The notes: generated by a model not told the origin, from the sequence alone. Counted from the stretch's first letter, positions 1 through 10,998 are shown. The stretch is 64,000 bases of DNA from Nitrospirales bacterium (GCA_963422365.1 OY729426.1:1280001-1344000); one strand, 5' to 3'. Numbers and translations: made by a program.

Positions 1-280
1 CGGCAAGAGAGGGAAAACCTGTCGACAGGGTCTGTGGAGATATTCTCGGCACCCCAATTACTTTTTTGAAGGCGTGCACTGGTGTGCCTATGTGGTGATG
101 AGCACCGGATTGCCCGAATGGTGGCTGACGCTGTTGGGCCCGGTCGTCATGATTGGAGCCTTACTCAAAGTGAGCGGAATCCCTTTGGCTGAAGCACAGG
201 CAGTAGCCAGTCGGGGCGAGGCATACCGAGAGTATCAACGGACCACCAATGCGTTCATCCCATGGTTCCCCAAGGACTAA
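1..280 (+). CDS. DUF1295 / steroid 5-alpha-reductase-like membrane protein, 5'-truncated by the window edge
   Basis: Frame from nt 2 reads GKTCRQGLWRYSRHPNYFFE...SGIPLAE...YREYQRTTNAFIPWFP; GLWRYSRHPNYF is the family motif. Confidence 0.85.
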   Translation, partial: GKRGKTCRQGLWRYSRHPNYFFEGVHWCAYVVMSTGLPEWWLTLLGPVVMIGALLKVSGIPLAEAQAVASRGEAYREYQRTTNAFIPWFPKD

Positions 281-323
281 CCTGCCTCATGCGGCCTGGA
301 AGAAGCGGGATGAGATCCCGCCC
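281..323. repeat. REP-family palindrome (degenerate doublet) directly after a stop codon
   Basis: CCTCATGCGGCC-tggaagaa-GCGGGATGAGATCCCGC matches REP copies at 13887, 21805 and 24562. Confidence 0.75.
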
Positions 324-430
324 GACTCAAACAGTCCTCGCCGGATAGTCGGATTCGGTGCTTAGGAGCAGCCACGCCCAAGGCGGGGGCAGAACGATGA
401 TCTGTCACGACAAGTGAGAACACGGGGTGC

Positions 431-637
431 CTAGTCGCCCTCAGGCTCGCTACTTCCGTGTTGATGGGTCACTTCGTCTTCTTCAAAGAGTTCGGCCATT
501 TCTTGGGCAAGGACATCGTCTTCATGAGGAACCGACACGACAGGAATGTCCTTTTTGGCTTTAGGCGAGTCCGGCGAAGCGTCATCCTTGTCAGGAGTCG
601 GGGCTTGGGGTGAGGTGGAGGGCTCAGAGTCGTTCAT
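431..637 (-). CDS. small acidic hypothetical protein
   Basis: 68-aa ORF directly downstream of the 650-1018 ORF on the same strand; AGGA upstream of ATG. Confidence 0.55.
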   Translation of the reverse strand: MNDSEPSTSPQAPTPDKDDASPDSPKAKKDIPVVSVPHEDDVLAQEMAELFEEDEVTHQHGSSEPEGD

Positions 638-649
638 GAGATTCCTGAC

Positions 650-1018
650 TTATTCAAAGACTTCCAAAAAAGACTGTTCGGTAAAGGAATGTTGGCAATG
701 TTCGCAGGTCACAAAATAAAGAGACTCCCGCACGGACATGATAATGCGAAAGTCAAGCGTGACCCCCCGATGGCTGTACAGGGGACAGGAAATTGCTCTG
801 AGCCAGTATTGCACGTCAGGCTGGGTTTGGAGATAAAACTCCATATCCGTGTAGACCGGAAAGTGATAAGAGCAGTCCAAGCAGATGCCCTGCCATTCCC
901 CGTCGTCCTTCATGGATCGGCTATCAATGCCAAACCGACTCTTTTTGCATATGGCGCATTTTGCATGGCTGAGTCGGTTTTGAACGTATTGGACATCGAG
1001 TCGGGACACCGTTATCAC
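650..1018 (-). CDS. putative Zn-binding hypothetical protein with multiple CxxC motifs
   Basis: CAIC, CLDC, CPLY (degenerate) and CEHC motifs. Confidence 0.7.
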   Translation of the reverse strand: MITVSRLDVQYVQNRLSHAKCAICKKSRFGIDSRSMKDDGEWQGICLDCSYHFPVYTDMEFYLQTQPDVQYWLRAISCPLYSHRGVTLDFRIIMSVRESLYFVTCEHCQHSFTEQSFLEVFE

Positions 1019-1141
1019 CTGCGTGCTGATGGAGGGTGAGGATTTTTCAGCAGTATAGAAGCCTTAGAGGGTTCGCGCAACCGAGCGGCCCATCAGGGCG
1101 GGATTTCTGCTAACCCGTTCGTTCGTGTCAGGAGGATCGCC

Positions 1142-1969
1142 ATGCCAGAACTTCCAGAGGCCGAAGTGGTTCGGCAGCAATTACACGCAGCCTTGGTTGG
1201 GTCCACGATTGATGATATCTGGATCGGACGGGAAGATATCATACGGCAAGGCATTGAGTCTCGTTCTTGGTATTCCGGCGCGCGCGTTGTCGAGGTGCAG
1301 CGGCATGGGAAGAGTCTGGTCCTTATCTGTGAGCGAGACGCCGAGAAACGGGTGGTGGTGGCAGAACTTGGCATGACGGGTCTGTTGCTCTTCACTCGTG
1401 CATCGGTGCCAAGCGATAAGCATGTGCATATGGTCATGAGGCTGGTCAATGGCCTGCAGCCGGAGTTGCGGTACTGGAATGCCCGTCGATTCGGACGGTT
1501 GTATCTACTGGATCAAATGGCTTGGACGGCCTATCAGCAACGCCGCTTTGGTCGTGATCCGTTGACAATGACCGAGGAGGATTTTGTGGCCTTGATCAAA
1601 TCCTGCCGTGGCCGCGTGAAGGCCGTGTTGTTGAATCAACAACGGATCGCCGGCATTGGGAATATCTATGCCAATGAACTGTTGTTTCGGTCCGGCATCC
1701 ATCCACACGCCCGTGGAGATCGCGTCTCGAAGAGAAACCTCCACGTGTTGTTTGAAGAGATGCAACACGTGCTACAGGAAGCGATCCTCATGGGAGGATC
1801 GTCCATTCGTAATTTTTTGGCGCCGGACGGGAGCCCGGGACAATTTCAGAGTCGGCATCTGGTGTATCAAAAAAAAGGCGAACGCTGTCCAAACGGGTGT
1901 CGGACGAGAATTCAGGCTCTCATGGACGAACGCTCGTCGTTTGTTTGTCCGACTTGCCAGAAGCGGTAA
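1142..1969 (+). CDS. mutM: formamidopyrimidine-DNA glycosylase (Fpg)
   Basis: N-terminal MPELPE, H2TH motif AGIGNIYANE, C-terminal zinc finger. Confidence 0.95.
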   Translation: MPELPEAEVVRQQLHAALVGSTIDDIWIGREDIIRQGIESRSWYSGARVVEVQRHGKSLVLICERDAEKRVVVAELGMTGLLLFTRASVPSDKHVHMVMRLVNGLQPELRYWNARRFGRLYLLDQMAWTAYQQRRFGRDPLTMTEEDFVALIKSCRGRVKAVLLNQQRIAGIGNIYANELLFRSGIHPHARGDRVSKRNLHVLFEEMQHVLQEAILMGGSSIRNFLAPDGSPGQFQSRHLVYQKKGERCPNGCRTRIQALMDERSSFVCPTCQKR

Positions 1970-2108
1970 GGTGAACGTTCTGTTTATTCCTCTTGCCTGT
2001 CTTGGCGGTAGGCCCTGCCTGTGTGACGGATCTTTTGCTTGTGGGCCCGTGAGCCCCTTTGTTACAATATCCCAACGTATTTTGTCTCCCTTGAACCAAC
2101 ACGCGTAC

Positions 2109-3086
2109 GTGCGAAAAGTTACATTTCGTGAAGGGGTCGATCTTGCCAATCTGTTTGGTCCGAGAGACTTACATCTCCGGTTGATTGAAGAGAGCCTTCA
2201 CGTACGTGTGTCGGCCCGTGGCGGTGAGGTGACCCTGGAAGGGCAGCCCGAAGCGGTCGGTCGGGCCGAAGGGCTGCTGTGCGAATTGGCCGAACGCACA
2301 CTCGGCCGGCGCCGGATACGATCAGAAGACGTCACCCGAGCCCTCAAGGCGACGGAAGGCACCCAGCCCGAAACATCTTCCTTCCTGGATGCGGCGCACA
2401 TTCTCACGCCCAAAGGGTGGGTCGTTCCGAAGACCCCCTCGCAGCAGAGGTATCTCGAAGCCATTCAGCAACATGACTTAGTGATCGGCATTGGTCCGGC
2501 AGGAACGGGGAAGACGTATATGGCCATGGCCATGGCGCTGGCGGCGCTGACGAAAAAAGAAGTGCAGCGGATCGTCTTGGCGCGCCCGGCTGTGGAGGCC
2601 GGGGAGCGATTGGGGTTTCTTCCGGGGGACATGTTCGCCAAGGTGCATCCTTACCTGCGTCCGTTGTATGATGCCTTGTATGTCATGATGGATGTGGAGC
2701 GAGCGAATCGCCTGATCGAACGAGGGGCCATCGAAATGGCGCCCCTGGCGTTTATGCGAGGCCGGACCTTAAACGAGGCGTTTGTCATTTTAGATGAAGC
2801 CCAAAATGCCACGGCAGAACAAATGAAGATGTTTCTCACGCGGTTGGGATGTCATGCCAAAGCCGTGGTGACCGGAGATATTACGCAAGTCGATTTGCCG
2901 CCCGAGCGCCCTTCGGGGTTGGTTCAAATTTCTGAAATATTGCGAAACGTGGACGGGATCAAATTCGTGTATTTCCAAGATCGTGACGTGGTCCGACATC
3001 GGTTAGTGCAAGAGATTATCAAGGCCTATAACCAACATGGAAACGGAACGGGCACGGGTCTGGCTTCTCCGGCAACCGATGAATGA
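2109..3086 (+). CDS. phoH: PhoH-family ATPase
   Basis: GPAGTGKT, RPAVEAGERLGFLPG, RGRTLN, DEAQN; start placed at GTG 2109 rather than 1656. Confidence 0.92.
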   Translation: MRKVTFREGVDLANLFGPRDLHLRLIEESLHVRVSARGGEVTLEGQPEAVGRAEGLLCELAERTLGRRRIRSEDVTRALKATEGTQPETSSFLDAAHILTPKGWVVPKTPSQQRYLEAIQQHDLVIGIGPAGTGKTYMAMAMALAALTKKEVQRIVLARPAVEAGERLGFLPGDMFAKVHPYLRPLYDALYVMMDVERANRLIERGAIEMAPLAFMRGRTLNEAFVILDEAQNATAEQMKMFLTRLGCHAKAVVTGDITQVDLPPERPSGLVQISEILRNVDGIKFVYFQDRDVVRHRLVQEIIKAYNQHGNGTGTGLASPATDE

Positions 3087-3202
3087 ACGTGGTAGAAGCC
3101 TGTCCCCGCAGGCTTTAGCGGGGATTTATCGAGGAACAGGACTGCGCTGTTCCTTCCATCAATCCGGGTGAATGTTCTTTTGCCCCGGCCCCTGAGTGAT
3201 TC

Positions 3203-3658
3203 GTGTCTGTCAGTATTCAGTGCCAATTGAAAAGTGTGTCGGTTCGTCAGAGGACACTTCGTCGCATAACCATGACACTCTTGCGGCTCCTTGACGAGGC
3301 CGAGGCCGAAGTCTGTATTGGGTTGGTCGGCGATACGAGGATGCAACGGTTGAACCGAACGCATCGGAATCAGGATCGCACCACGGATGTCTTGGCGTTT
3401 GCCTATCGTGAAGCCCCAACCGGTGTTTCTCCTCTACTCGGGGATATTGTGATTTCGGTTCCCACGGCCAGACGCCAAGCTAAAGCGTTGAGCCATTCCT
3501 TGGATGAAGAGGTGCTGCGATTGCTGATTCATGGAATGCTGCATGTGGTCGGCTATGACCATGAGCGGAGCAGTCGACAGGCGCAACGTATGCGACGAAA
3601 GGAAACGGAGCTTTTTCAAACACTCGCCCCCGTGCCGACGTTGGTGGTTGAAGCCTGA
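3203..3658 (+). CDS. ybeY: rRNA maturation endoribonuclease YbeY
   Basis: TDVLAF and HGMLHVVGYDH motifs; follows phoH. Confidence 0.93.
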   Translation: MSVSIQCQLKSVSVRQRTLRRITMTLLRLLDEAEAEVCIGLVGDTRMQRLNRTHRNQDRTTDVLAFAYREAPTGVSPLLGDIVISVPTARRQAKALSHSLDEEVLRLLIHGMLHVVGYDHERSSRQAQRMRRKETELFQTLAPVPTLVVEA

Positions 3659-3669
3659 TGCGTGAATCT

Positions 3670-3708
3670 TCCCCCTCGCCCTAGAGGGAGAGGGCTGGAG
3701 TGAGGGGG
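3670..3708. repeat. intergenic palindromic element of the CCCTCACxCCAGCCCTCTCCC type
   Basis: Reverse complement CCCCTCACTCCAGCCCTCTCCCTCTAGGGCGAGGGGGA forms a hairpin; single copy here. Confidence 0.5.
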
Positions 3709-3752
3709 ATATGGTCAACAGATGAGCGAACACATACGGGGATCACAGCACC

Positions 3753-4670
3753 ATGGGCTGGATTAATCGACTGAAAAAAGGGTTGGGTCAAACGCGAAAA
3801 GGCATCCGGCGCTCGTTGATGCGATTGATGGGACGCGGCCTCGATCCCGAGGTGTTGGAGGAAGTCGAAGCGTCGTTGTTAGGAGCGGACATCGGCGTTC
3901 GCACGGTGGATCGTCTGATAGAACGGCTTCGGGTGACGGGGGAGAGAGATCCTCAGGAATCCATTCAGGAGTTGAAACAGGCGATAGTGGACATGTTGGC
4001 GTCCGTGGAATCGAAGTCGATTGACGAGCTCATCCGAACGGGCCCCAAACCGTTCGTGATTTTGGCGGTGGGCGTTAATGGTGTGGGGAAAACCACGAGT
4101 ATGGCGAAATTGGCCGGCCGACTGCGCAAGCAGGGGTTGACCCCGCTGCTTGTGGCGGCGGATACCTTTCGGGCTGCAGCCATCGAACAGTTGGAAGTGT
4201 GGGGCAAGCGAGTCGGGGCCGATGTGATTAAGCACCGACAAGGGGCGGACCCGTCGGCCGTGGTGTTTGACGGGCTTGCCGCTGCAAAAGCCAGGGGCGT
4301 GGACGTCATGTTGATCGACACAGCCGGCCGGCTTCATACGAAAGTCAATTTAATGGATGAACTGAAAAAAATGAAACGGATGCTTGATCGTGAATGTCCT
4401 GGGGCTCCTCATGAAGTGTTACTCACGCTTGACGGCACCATCGGGCAAAATGCCGTGGCCCAAGCCAAGCAATTTCATGCAGCCCTCGGCGTCACGGGAT
4501 TGGTCCTGACAAAGCTGGATGGGACGGCAAAAGGCGGGGTCGTGGTGGCCATTGCCGAGGAATTAGCCATCCCTGTTCGCTTGATCGGAATTGGCGAAAA
4601 GGAAGAAGACTTGCAGGACTTTCATGCGCAGGCCTTTGCCGAGGCCCTCTTGGAGGTCAACCCTTCATGA
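3753..4670 (+). CDS. ftsY: signal recognition particle receptor FtsY
   Basis: GVNGVGKTT, DTFRAAA, DTAGR and TKLDGTAKGG motifs. Confidence 0.96.
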   Translation: MGWINRLKKGLGQTRKGIRRSLMRLMGRGLDPEVLEEVEASLLGADIGVRTVDRLIERLRVTGERDPQESIQELKQAIVDMLASVESKSIDELIRTGPKPFVILAVGVNGVGKTTSMAKLAGRLRKQGLTPLLVAADTFRAAAIEQLEVWGKRVGADVIKHRQGADPSAVVFDGLAAAKARGVDVMLIDTAGRLHTKVNLMDELKKMKRMLDRECPGAPHEVLLTLDGTIGQNAVAQAKQFHAALGVTGLVLTKLDGTAKGGVVVAIAEELAIPVRLIGIGEKEEDLQDFHAQAFAEALLEVNPS

Positions 4671-6831
4671 GGCGGGCAGGCGTAATAATCGGAGGCGTGT
4701 GGGGAATCAGTGTCCTCATGAGCCTGACCGTGCAAGCCGCCGTGACCATTCAGCATCACGATTTGCATATCGAACTCCGGCCCGAGAGCCACACGATCAT
4801 TGCTCGCGATACGATCCAATTGGCCGGTTGTCCGGATGCCGAGCAGATGGTTCACGTGCAATTAAACCCGGATTTGGAAATCGAAGAAATCGTGTTGGCA
4901 GATGGACCGTTACTGTTTTGGGAGGAATCTCTGCATTCGGGTACAAACAAACAGGGAGCACCGCGATGGACGCGCACCATAGCAATCCGACTGCCGGAGG
5001 TGTCTTCTTCACGTGACGCCATGCGCGTGCACATATCCTATCGTGGGCACATTCAGGATGCGCCCGCGGCTTCGCCGGGCCTGCGGTTTGTTCGCCCCGA
5101 CAAAACCTTGGGATATATCGGTGAAGAGGGCGTCTATTTAACCTCGGAAACCGCCTGGTACCCCGACATCCCTGGGTCGGTTCCCACGTTTCTCGTCACG
5201 GCGACCGTGCCCACAGGGTGGAGAGCGGTGACTCATGGTCAAGAAGTCTCCTTGACAAAAGGGAAGACCACGGCGACATCCGAGTGGAACGTGCGCGCCC
5301 CAACCGAAGCCTTGACGGTGGCGGCGAATCGATTCGTGAAACAAGCGGTGCAATGGAAAGGCATTGAAGTGGCAACGTATCTGTTTCCCGAGGACGCGCA
5401 TCGATCCGATCAGTATTTGAAAGCCACGGTACACTATCTCGACTGGTATACGAAACGGCTCGGCCCGTATCCGTTTCCCAAGTTTGCGGTCGTAGAAAAT
5501 TTCTTTCCTAGTGGCATCGGGCTGCCGTCCTTCACGTTGTTGGGCAGCCGGGTGATGAAGCGAGGCTATACCCAACCCTATTCCCTAGGGCATGAGGTCG
5601 TGCATTCGTGGTTGGGGAACTCGGTGCATAATCATTTCAAGACGGGCAATTGGGTGGAAGGGCTCACGACCTATTTGGCCAACTATTATTACGACGAACG
5701 GATGGAGGGTGACGAAAAGGCAGGGGCGCATCGCAGACGGATGATCATGGAATATAATTTGTACGTGCAGTCGGCTGACGACTATCCGGTGGTGAAATTT
5801 CATCATAAAGAGAACCGCGTGGATAATGCGATCGGATACCAAAAGACCGCCATGATTTTTCACATGTTACGGCGCGAACTCGGCGACAGGGACTTTTTCC
5901 AGGCGATTCGTACAATGATAGCCGACTATTCGGGCAGGTATGCCGATTGGCCTCAGTTGCGGCGGGTGTTTGAAGACGCGTCGGGGAAAGAGTTGTCATG
6001 GTTCTTTACCCAATGGGTGTACGGGAGCGGAGCGCCGCACCTCCGGATTGCTCAGGCACACGTCGCACGCGATCCCCGAACGGGCTATTGGGTATCCATA
6101 AAGGTAACGCAAAAGGGCACTCCCTATCGCCTGCGCGTTCCCGCGGTGATTCAGTTGGAACAAGGGCGGGAGTATCGCACCTGGTCGATATTCGAGGAAA
6201 CGACCAAACCATGGCCCTTTGGGTTCCGGCTAAACCCATTCGATTACAACTCGATCCGGCGCATCAGACCTTTCGGCGGCTCGATCGTCACGCCATGAGT
6301 CCGGTTCTCAATGGATGGGTGACAGACCAGCGTCGAGCAGTGCTGTTGGCTTCGACCACGTCAGAACCCGAGCAGCAGGGCTTGCAACCGGCGATTAACC
6401 GGATCCGATCGCAAAATGACGACACGGCATGGTTGGATGAACGGACCTCATCGATCGAGGCGCAATCGGTGTTGGCCATGGGCCATCCCCAAACCAATCC
6501 ATGGATTGGCAGAATCCTTCAATGGTGCGGTCCGCAGGTCAGGCTGCGTGAACAGAGCATGACGATTCAGGGAACCACGTACAAGGGGGACGGCGTGGCC
6601 GTGCTCGTGAACTGTGCCCATCCCGGATATTCCGAACACGTGGGCACGGTATTTTTTGGATTTTCCCCCCGGGCCATTCACGGGCTTTCCAGGTTACTGT
6701 TTTTTTATGGATGGGATAGTTATCTTGTGTTTGAAAATGGAAGGGTCATGGCTCGCGGTTTGTTTGATGCACCCACGGCGGATCTGACGGTCGCGTTGCA
6801 CGAAGACGAAGGGGAACAATGCACACCATGA
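4667..6831 (+). pseudogene. exported M1-family aminopeptidase split by one frameshift near 6184 (may be a sequencing error)
   Basis: Signal peptide and HEVVH-x18-E zinc motif; adding one G in ACC TGG (G)TC GAT joins ORF 4667-6298 to ORF 5998-6831 (EYRTW-VDIRGNDQ). Confidence 0.75.
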
Positions 6832-7934
6832 GACAGACGGGAACATTCAGGTGGATAAGCGGATGGATGGGAAGAGTGGCCTTGTGTGTCCCCATCTTGG
6901 CCTCAGGCGGAATGCCGGCCCTGGCCGACGAATCGTCACCTGGTTTCGACAAAGTCGAACGGCATTTGCGCAATATCCGGCAACTCACCGTGGGCGGCAA
7001 AAATGCCGAAGCGTATTTTTCCTTTGACGGGTCTCGGTTGATTTTTCAATCGACCAAGGATCCGGCCAGCCAAACGATCGGATCCTGCTATCAGATGTAC
7101 GTGATGGATCTACACGGTGACAATATCCACCGGGTAAGCACGGGGTACGGCGGAACGACCTGCGGATACTTTTTCCCAGGCGGACGGCGGGTCCTGTATT
7201 CCTCAACCCATTTGGCTGGGTTACAATGTCCGCCCAAGCCCAAACCTGGCCCCAACTATCGTTGGGTCTTGGATGACCATGAAATTTTTTCTGCGCGCCT
7301 GGATGGCCGAGAACTTCAGCGTCTCACGTTTTCGCCGGGATACGACGCGGAGGCCACGGTCTCTCCCAATGGAAAACAGATCGTCTTTACGTCCGTTCGG
7401 GACGGGGATCTTGATCTGTATTCGATGAATATCGACGGAACTGGCGTCAAGCGGCTCACCAAGGACATGGGCTACGACGGCGGGGCGTTCTACGCTCCCG
7501 ACGGCAAGCGGATCGTGTATCGGGCCCAGCACCCCCAAACGCCGGGTGAACGTGAGGCCTATCAGGCCTTACTGAACCGGAATCTGGTCGAAACGGGGAA
7601 TCTGGAACTCTTCGTGATGAACGCCGATGGGTCGGGGAAACAACAAGTCACGCGGAACGGCGCCTCGAACTTTGCGCCGTTTTTCCACCCTGACGGCCAC
7701 CGGATTATTTTTTCCTCGAGTGGGGATAAGGCTGCACAAGCAAAAGGCCGGACGTCGTTTCATGTATATATCGTGGATGATGATGGCACGGGGCTGGAAC
7801 AAATCACCCATGAGGGGCACTTTAATAGTTTTCCCATGTTTTCTCCCAACGGCAAGCTGTTGGTGTGGGTCTCCGATCGCAATACAAAGGGACAAGGCGA
7901 ATATAATGTGTTTCTCGGTGATTGGGTACGCTGA
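6819..7934 (+). CDS. TolB-like PD40 beta-propeller periplasmic protein
   Basis: Repeated FSxDG/SPNGK/APDGK motifs; signal peptide. Confidence 0.88.
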   Translation: MHTMRQTGTFRWISGWMGRVALCVPILASGGMPALADESSPGFDKVERHLRNIRQLTVGGKNAEAYFSFDGSRLIFQSTKDPASQTIGSCYQMYVMDLHGDNIHRVSTGYGGTTCGYFFPGGRRVLYSSTHLAGLQCPPKPKPGPNYRWVLDDHEIFSARLDGRELQRLTFSPGYDAEATVSPNGKQIVFTSVRDGDLDLYSMNIDGTGVKRLTKDMGYDGGAFYAPDGKRIVYRAQHPQTPGEREAYQALLNRNLVETGNLELFVMNADGSGKQQVTRNGASNFAPFFHPDGHRIIFSSSGDKAAQAKGRTSFHVYIVDDDGTGLEQITHEGHFNSFPMFSPNGKLLVWVSDRNTKGQGEYNVFLGDWVR

Positions 7935-8237
7935 CTTTCGAGTTAAGGGTAGAGAACAGAATCGATACGACAGATAGTTTGAAATAGTTTCTCAGAGAAA
8001 ACAGGAAACGAGAAGCAGGCTCAGAAATACCATCGAAGGCGATGCGGATTGACAAAATTCTAAGCCGCCCCGGCGGGCCGGGCTGAAAGCCGGCTCGCCC
8101 TCAGGAGCCACCCCGAGGGGCTGTGCACATGTCTGCCTGAACGAAGACAGGTGTGGTGGCATTTTGCTATAAAGGAATAAACTCAAATCCTCCTAATTAA
8201 GGCAGTCTGAACCGACCTGGCAGCATCCAGGAATGTC

Positions 8238-9263
8238 GTGTCTCGATTCAAAGCCCTCAGTGCACTGTTTCTCTCCGGCGGTCTGTCCATTGTCTGTCTG
8301 TATCAGATCTCCCGATTAGACTTTCAGGCGACTCTCTTTATTCGGTCCCTTCATCTCCCCTTTGTGGAACATCTGGGGAACGTCGGCAATCGGTTGGGGG
8401 ACGGACTCACATTGATCGTCCTGTGCGCGGGGTTGTGGGGGATCGGATCTCTCTGGGGAAAAAAGGCGTTTCAACGGGCAGGGATCGATGGGTTGATCGC
8501 GCATGGTCTGGCCGGGATTGCCGTGCAAACCCTCAAGCACCTTATCGGACGTCCCCGTCCACGGTTTGCGCATCAAGAGGCTTGGGAATATGGCCCCTCA
8601 TGGCAAGTGGGGCTTGATGCGTTTCCTTCCGGGCATGCGGCAGCCTCGTTTGCCGTGGCCGCGGTGCTGGCTCGCTATTTTCCCAAAAGCGCGGGGCTGT
8701 GGTTCGGCGCAGCCTTCTTTGTCGGTGCGGCTCGTGTGGTTCGCGGTTCCCACTTTCCCACCGACGTGCTGGGTGGGGCGGTGCTGGGGTTTCTCATCGG
8801 CTACGTGTGGGCGCGTCCCCTTCGAGAATGGCGGTCGAATGTTGTACAAGCGTTGCCGCAAACCCTCCCGTTCGTGATCGGCGGTTGTGCGCTGTTCTGG
8901 AGCATCTTCAGTCATCCGGCCCCAAGTGACGTGGCAAACGGCCTATTCTGGACCGGGCTGCTGGTGTGTACGTTAGGGGTCGGTGTTCGGTGGAGAATGG
9001 CCTGGAAATGGAATGGGAACGTCCCCCAGAGCGTTTCTCGAACAGTGTTTGCCAATGTCATGATTGCGCTGGGCATGGCGATCAGTACCCAAGTGTTGTG
9101 GGTGATCATGGTGACCCTCTTGGCCTGTGTCGCCTGGTGGATGAAAGATCAGTCGGATCGCAAACCGGCGGAAGCCTCGATGTTGCTGCACGAAGCATGG
9201 CTCACGAGTGCGTTGGTCATCGTCATGGTGACATTGCGGGGCCTCCACGGTTTTGTGCCATAG
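8238..9263 (+). CDS. PAP2-family membrane phosphatase (possible lipid A or undecaprenyl phosphatase)
   Basis: KHLIGRPRP, FPSGH and ARVVRGSHFPTDV motifs; convergent with the ArnT-like gene. Confidence 0.88.
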   Translation: MSRFKALSALFLSGGLSIVCLYQISRLDFQATLFIRSLHLPFVEHLGNVGNRLGDGLTLIVLCAGLWGIGSLWGKKAFQRAGIDGLIAHGLAGIAVQTLKHLIGRPRPRFAHQEAWEYGPSWQVGLDAFPSGHAAASFAVAAVLARYFPKSAGLWFGAAFFVGAARVVRGSHFPTDVLGGAVLGFLIGYVWARPLREWRSNVVQALPQTLPFVIGGCALFWSIFSHPAPSDVANGLFWTGLLVCTLGVGVRWRMAWKWNGNVPQSVSRTVFANVMIALGMAISTQVLWVIMVTLLACVAWWMKDQSDRKPAEASMLLHEAWLTSALVIVMVTLRGLHGFVP

Positions 9264-9270
9264 CAGGCAA

Positions 9271-10998
9271 TCATCCATGCTCCTCTGGAGTGTCGTTCCC
9301 CACTGGCTCACGGGACAAGAGGAGAAAACCGTATCGCTGGAGAATTGGCTGAAAAGACGCGATGGGGTGGGGAAGGCGCTCACGAAGGTTGGCTTGCAGG
9401 ATGACCATGATACGGCCGTCCTTTTTGACGTGCGGTAAGAATTTTTCGTGTTCGCCCGGATTAATGAAATGAACGTTCCGTTTTGCATAAAACGTTAATG
9501 ACGGGAGTTTTCGTCCATATTGAATGAGCGTGTCATCAGGACCCAGATTGAATCCGGCGATGGTCGCCAATTCCTGGGGAGGGTTGAGGAAATATTTTCC
9601 GAAGCGCGGCAGGGCAAACAGAATCACGATGAGAAGAAACAGCCCCATCATCCCCGACAGGACCCAAAAGGCCCGTGGCCGACGGGTCTCCTTCCAAACA
9701 ACGTGACGAAAGATCGCCACGCCCAGAAACACGACGACTCCCAGCACGATCGGCGTCGCCCCTAGGCCGATCTTTCCTGCGGCCGGAAAATGCACGGCAA
9801 TGTGTTGTCTCAGGCTTTCATAGATGACCGGGGCGGAAACCAGCACAATGCTCAGAACGTATCCGGTCACAAGGACGAGGCGCGTCGAGACGGTAAGGCC
9901 TGCAGGCCAGGCGTTCTTTAAGAAACGAGACCAGAGGACGGCCACCAACAGAGCGGACGGTGGATACAGAGGCAGGACGTAGTGGGGAAGCCGGGTGGCG
10001 GAGATGGTGAAAAAGAGAAAAATGCCTGAGATCCACAGGGCGCAGAATAACAACAATCCCGGCTCACCTCGCGCGTCCGTGACTCCCGTCCGAAACAACT
10101 TCCACTCTTTCAGCGTGTGCCATAAGGCGGCCGGCAGCAATCCACTCCACGGGAAAAAGCCGAGCAGGAGAATAGGAAAATAAAACAGAAGCGTCCCGCC
10201 GTGCCCCTCCATGGGATTCGCAAATCGTCCGGTCGTGTTGGCTTGGGCCGCGGCGGCATAGTCCGCGCCATGGATGGCCAGCATGGCAAGGTACCAGGGC
10301 GCGGCAATGAGGAAACAGAGTGCCCAGCCGAGCAACGGTCTGCCGTCTGCGAAATAGGTTTTCCACTGCCGAGTGAGGGTCAGATAGGGAACGACGCCCA
10401 ACAAGGGAATGAGAAGACCCAACGGTCCTTTGGCTAACGTGCCCAGCGCCATGCCAATATAAAACAGCCACAGGAAACGCCGGTCGCGACCCGTGCCGCG
10501 AAACCCCAGCCAGAAGCTGTAGGTGGCCAGTGTGGTAAAAAAAACCAATTCCGGGTCGGTCAGGACCAAGCGGTGAACGCCCACGAATTCCACATTCAGC
10601 AGGAGGATGAGTGAGCCACACAACGCGAGGCCTGGTCCAAGCACACGATGAAGAAAGAGGTATTGGAGAACGAGCAGTGCGAGTCCGAAGATGGCGGATG
10701 GCAGCCGAGCCGTTACGTCATTCACGCCGAACAGGGCATAGGTACTGCCGATGACCCAATAGGCCAAGGCTGGTTTGGCGTAGCGCGGCTCGTAATTCAG
10801 GGTGGGTGAGATCCAGTCGCCGGTTTCGAGCATTTCGCGGGCGGCCCCTGCATTGCTGCCTTCATCACGATCGGTCAGGCCCATGTCGCCAAGTCCGAGC
10901 AGGAGCAGCAGCCCCCCGCAGATGAGCAGAAACATCAGATGAAAGGTGCGCGTGGAAAACGGGGTGGAGTGGGTAACCGGCACGGAAGGATCAGTCAC
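9271..10998 (-). CDS. ArnT/GT39-like lipid-carrier glycosyltransferase (lipid A modification)
   Basis: DRDEG..A.AAREM..GDW..P.LN, ARLPSA, LAKGP, multiple TM segments. Confidence 0.88.
   Translation of the reverse strand: MTDPSVPVTHSTPFSTRTFHLMFLLICGGLLLLLGLGDMGLTDRDEGSNAGAAREMLETGDWISPTLNYEPRYAKPALAYWVIGSTYALFGVNDVTARLPSAIFGLALLVLQYLFLHRVLGPGLALCGSLILLLNVEFVGVHRLVLTDPELVFFTTLATYSFWLGFRGTGRDRRFLWLFYIGMALGTLAKGPLGLLIPLLGVVPYLTLTRQWKTYFADGRPLLGWALCFLIAAPWYLAMLAIHGADYAAAAQANTTGRFANPMEGHGGTLLFYFPILLLGFFPWSGLLPAALWHTLKEWKLFRTGVTDARGEPGLLLFCALWISGIFLFFTISATRLPHYVLPLYPPSALLVAVLWSRFLKNAWPAGLTVSTRLVLVTGYVLSIVLVSAPVIYESLRQHIAVHFPAAGKIGLGATPIVLGVVVFLGVAIFRHVVWKETRRPRAFWVLSGMMGLFLLIVILFALPRFGKYFLNPPQELATIAGFNLGPDDTLIQYGRKLPSLTFYAKRNVHFINPGEHEKFLPHVKKDGRIMVILQANLRERLPHPIASFQPILQRYGFLLLSREPVGNDTPEEHG

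Noticed and set aside
1656..2108. 150-aa N-terminal extension of PhoH in the ORF track
   Set aside because: Overlaps mutM in another frame; PhoH-like sequence begins near GTG 2109.
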